Below, one piece after another: positions 60,213-64,000 of a stretch of DNA of 64,000 bases. Positions within the stretch are counted from its first letter, which is position 1. Each line of letters opens with the position of its first letter. Both the position numbers and the translations under genes were made by a program. The DNA is from Squalus acanthias (Eukaryota). The stretch covers positions 69,874,001 through 69,938,000 of the forward strand of contig CM059433.1 in NCBI GenBank assembly GCA_030390025.1, in the 5' to 3' direction. The notes under the pieces were generated by a model. The model was not told where the DNA came from. It saw only the letters and a program-made list of their open reading frames with translations, and did no database searches.

Positions 60213-61430
60213 ACTTTGACCCAGCAATGATGAAAAGAATGGCGATAAAGTCAGGATGGTGTGTGACTTGTTGGGGAAGGTGGAGGTGTTTGATGGTGTT
60301 CCCATGCAGCTGCTGTCCTTCTCATTCTCGGTAGTGGAGGTCACAGGTTTGGGGGATGCTGTCGTAGAAGTCTTAGCAAGTTGCTGCAGTGCATCCTATA
60401 GTTAGTACACACTGCAGCCATGATACGCTGGTGGTGGAGTGGGTGGATGTTTAGGCTAGTGAAAGAAGTGCCGACTAGCGGACTGCTTTGCCCTGGATGA
60501 TGTTGAACGTTTTGAGTCTTGTTGCAGCTGCACCCATCCAGGCAAGTGAGAGTATTCCACCACACTCCTGACTTGTGCCTTGTAGGTGGTGGAAAGGCTT
60601 TCAGGGAGTCAGAAGGTGAGCCACACACCGCAGAATACTCAGCCTCCAGCCTTCTACAGTAGCCACGGCATTTATGTGGCTGGTCCAGTTGTGTTTCTGG
60701 TCAATGGTGACCTCCAGGATGTTGATAGTGAATGTCAAGGAGGTGGTTCAGCTCTCTCTTGTTAGAGATGTTCATTGCCTAGCACTTGTATAGCGTAAAT
60801 GTTACTTGCCACTTATCAGGCCAGGCCTGAATGTTGTCCAGGTCATGCTGCACCCAGGCACGAACTGCTTCATTATTTGAGCAATTACGAATAGAGTTGA
60901 ACACTGCAATCATCAACGAACAGCTCTGCTTCTGACCTTATGATGGAGGAAAGTTCATTGATGAAGCAGCTGAAGATAATTGGGTCTATGAACTCCTGCA
61001 GTGGTGTCCTGGGGATGAGGTAATTGGCCTCCAACAACCACGTCCATCTTCCTCTGTGTCAGATATGACTCCAGTCACTGGAGAGTTTTACCCCTGATCC
61101 CCATTGATTTCAATTTTACTAGATGCCACACTCCGTCAAATGCTGTCTTGATGTCAAGGGCAGTCACTCTCACCTCACCTCCGGATTCAGCTCATGTCCA
61201 TTTTTGGACCAAGGTTGTAATGAGGTCAGGAGCTAAATGGCCCTGGTGGAATCCAAACTGAGCATCGGTGAGCAGGTTATTGATAAGCAAGTGCCGTTTG
61301 ATATCACTGTTGACAACTCCTTCCATCACTTTACTAATGATTGTGATTAGGCTGATAGGGTGGTAGTTAGCCGGGTTGGATTTGTCCTGCTTTTTGTGCA
61401 CAGGACATACCTGGTCAATTTCCCCACAGA
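60213..61430 (-). mobile_element. Second CR1-clade family LINE fragment
   Basis: Minus ORF NPANYHPISL..SKVMEG..QFGFHQGH. Reverse-complement homology to 5594-6600. Confidence 0.88.
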
Positions 61431-61451
61431 AAACTAATGCACTGAGAGAAC

Positions 61452-61730
61452 AATGTGTGGGTTAGGTTGATTTGGCTATGATAAGTTGACCCTTAGTGTT
61501 AGGGGGGGATTAAATATGTGGGGTTATGGGGATAGGATGGGATATGTTAGGGGGAATTAAATACGTGGGGTTACGGGGGTAGGGTGGGATATGTGTACTG
61601 TGGGGATTAAAGCAGGGACAGGGTACTGGATTTGGATGATCAGCCATGATCGTATTGAATGGTGGAGCAGGCTCGACGGGCCGAATGGCCTACTCCTGCT
61701 CCTAGATTCTATGTTTCTATGTTTCTATGT
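61452..61730 (+). mobile_element. 5'-truncated HE1-like SINE copy
   Basis: Nearly identical to 59222-59494. Confidence 0.92.
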
Positions 61731-63794
61731 AGAAAAAGAGAGAACAGTGCACAAAGAGTAAGAATTAGAAAGAAGTGCATAGAACAATTCACAGTGAGAA
61801 ATAGAGAGCAATGCAGAGTAAAATAAAGCTGCATAAAGTAAAACTAGACCACTATGTATAGAGAGTGACAAATAGAGAACAGTGTACAAAGTGAGAATTA
61901 GCAAGCAAAAGAGAGAACTGTGCAGCATAGAGAAATAAGATAGCAATAATACATAATGAGTCAGCACTGAGAAAACAAGTTATGAAAAAGCATGGGAAGA
62001 CAGCACAGAGACTAAAACAGCATTAACAGAGATAGAGAAGCACCAGACTGAGGCAGCACTGAGAGAAGGGAGAGCACCAATGAGGAGCAACGTAACAAAG
62101 GTAGTGCAAAACTACAAAAGTGCGGGGAAGAGAGAATCAGAAAGAGAGGGAAACAGAACAGCAGCAAAGAGAAGAGACATTCGCAGGTCAGATACATCTG
62201 TAGAGCTAGATCAGCAAAACTCCAAAAATAATACACAATGTAACACAAATATCATACAATTTATTATTTATGTCAGCTAACCTCTCCTTGTCTTCTCATG
62301 ATACAAATAGAAATATACCACATAAAGCGTGAGATACAAAGATACAGCGGCGAACTGGCTCCCCCAAAAGGGCATGGAATTCTTTGGGATTCTCATGGGA
62401 AAAGGGAGCGCTGCCAATTATACAACACTATGGAATCATTCAATAAATCTCCCAATATCCCATATGATCAGTTCGACCATGCAAATATGGACTGTATACT
62501 GAGCAATACCACAGTTCACCTTACAGACTGCAAATTGCAGTCAATATTTGTTTTAACATTCTCTTGGAAAAGGCTTAAACAGGATTCAGTATTCCCAAAC
62601 AAGGTAAAATGCATGAGGTGGTCAGCAACTCTAATGCTTAATATAGAATTTCACCAAGGTTGCCGCATATTGAGACAGCGTGGCAATATTCCTGTGTTAC
62701 ATTTTTCAGATTGATATTGCCAGTAGCTCAACATTGGGTGTCACAGCAATTGGGCTTCAGATGGCCAGGTACACTTTGTTTACCTGGGTTGTAAGATAAA
62801 CCATACTTACTATGTTCATGGAAGGATTCAAGTGAGATATGATTTAAGATATGATGAAAACCAGCCAGGGTTCCCATTCCTGATTGGAATGAAAGATTAC
62901 ATTGCATCAAATCTGCACTCTTGAACACATCTAGAAAAACAAAAGGTAGCAAAATTATCAAGAGGAGACAACCCTTCATTAAGAAATTTATTTCTAACTG
63001 TTTTACTCGGAATCTTCACCTTTTTCCATCTCTTCTGCTTACCCATTCAAACAATTTACAGCTAAACCTTTTATTTTATTTATTTTCCCATCAATTTTCT
63101 CTCCTCCCCTTGTTTCCTGAAAGCACTGACTCAACTGGGGTATAGATCCATGGGCACCAGATGCACAAATAGTCATTATTTGTCAGCCTTCACACTCAAA
63201 CCTAAATTTTCTGATAACACACCAGTGATATTTCTTTTTTATAATGGGTTAATACCAGCATTAAGATAACGCCCATTGGAAACTTTAGGAAAGAAGCATC
63301 ACAGCTGAACTTGATACTATCTACTGCCATCCCTGAACAAACTCCAGGTGGATCGTAATCAAGAATGGGACGGTGGCTGATTTTCCCCTTCCTGGGATAC
63401 TGAGGTGAGTTCAGCTAACTTAGCACAGATCACCGATCAGACTTGGAATTTTCCTGTTCTGTATGCCTCAGTTACTCACTGGATGCACTTGCTGAGTCAT
63501 TGTGGAGCCTTACAGGCTAGAGTTTTTACAGTTTTTTGGACTGTTTTTATGTAAGCTTGCACAAACATCAGCAATAAGAAAACATAACCTTGGACAAAAA
63601 CAGAGACACTTTTTGCCCATTTGCAGCACAGCCTAGGTTTTCTGAGTTCAGAAGGCAATAATTTATTCCTCGTTGAAATTACTCAGTGGAGATTTACCTA
63701 TAGACGCAAATTAAAGGCAGAAGCAAAATCTATTACTTCACACATGACAGCTCTCCAGTCCAAGTTGTTTCAGTTGAAGGATGTAATAATTTAA

Positions 63795-64000
63795 CATATA
63801 GGATTACATCGGATATACGGCACAGAAACAGGTCATTCGGCCCAACCAGTCCATGCCGGCGTTTCTGCTCCACTCGAGCCTCCTTCCGTCTTTCCTCATC
63901 TAAATCTATCAGCATAACCCTCTATTCCCTTCTCCCTCATATGCTTGTCTAGCCTCCCCTTAAATGCATCCATACTATTCGCTTCAACCACTCCCTGTGG
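63795..64000 (-). mobile_element. CR1 3' end (runs off the window)
   Basis: Reverse complement of 32035-32241. Confidence 0.9.

Overview
Eukaryotic, repeat-rich DNA, most likely from a cartilaginous fish (shark). This is inferred from an HE1-type V-SINE, SacSINE1/DeuSINE-type SINEs and abundant CR1 LINEs. I recognise no intact host protein-coding exon, and almost all ORF-track entries are LINE fragments or tandem-repeat artefacts. Main content: (i) about 43 kb of probable intronic DNA packed with CR1 and L2 LINEs, several SINE families, hAT- and Harbinger-like MITEs, and Penelope-like elements (PLEs) carrying minimal hammerhead ribozymes and clear target-site duplications (TSDs); (ii) an intronless RPS26 retro-pseudogene at 24922-25269; (iii) a CpG-rich candidate promoter/first exon of an unidentified minus-strand gene (~44500-44980). 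That exon lies between a C-rich minisatellite and a >10 kb purine-rich minisatellite with a ~2916-bp higher-order repeat, many TGAGTCA (AP-1 consensus) variants and embedded, rearranged CR1 pieces. I found no convincing wholly new biological system. The best leads are the promoter-flanking satellite architecture, the ribozyme-bearing short PLE derivatives, an A-to-G-skewed duplicate CR1 3' tail and an unclassified ~178-bp dispersed element. Repeat family names come from recalled consensus motifs, not database searches, and element boundaries are approximate.
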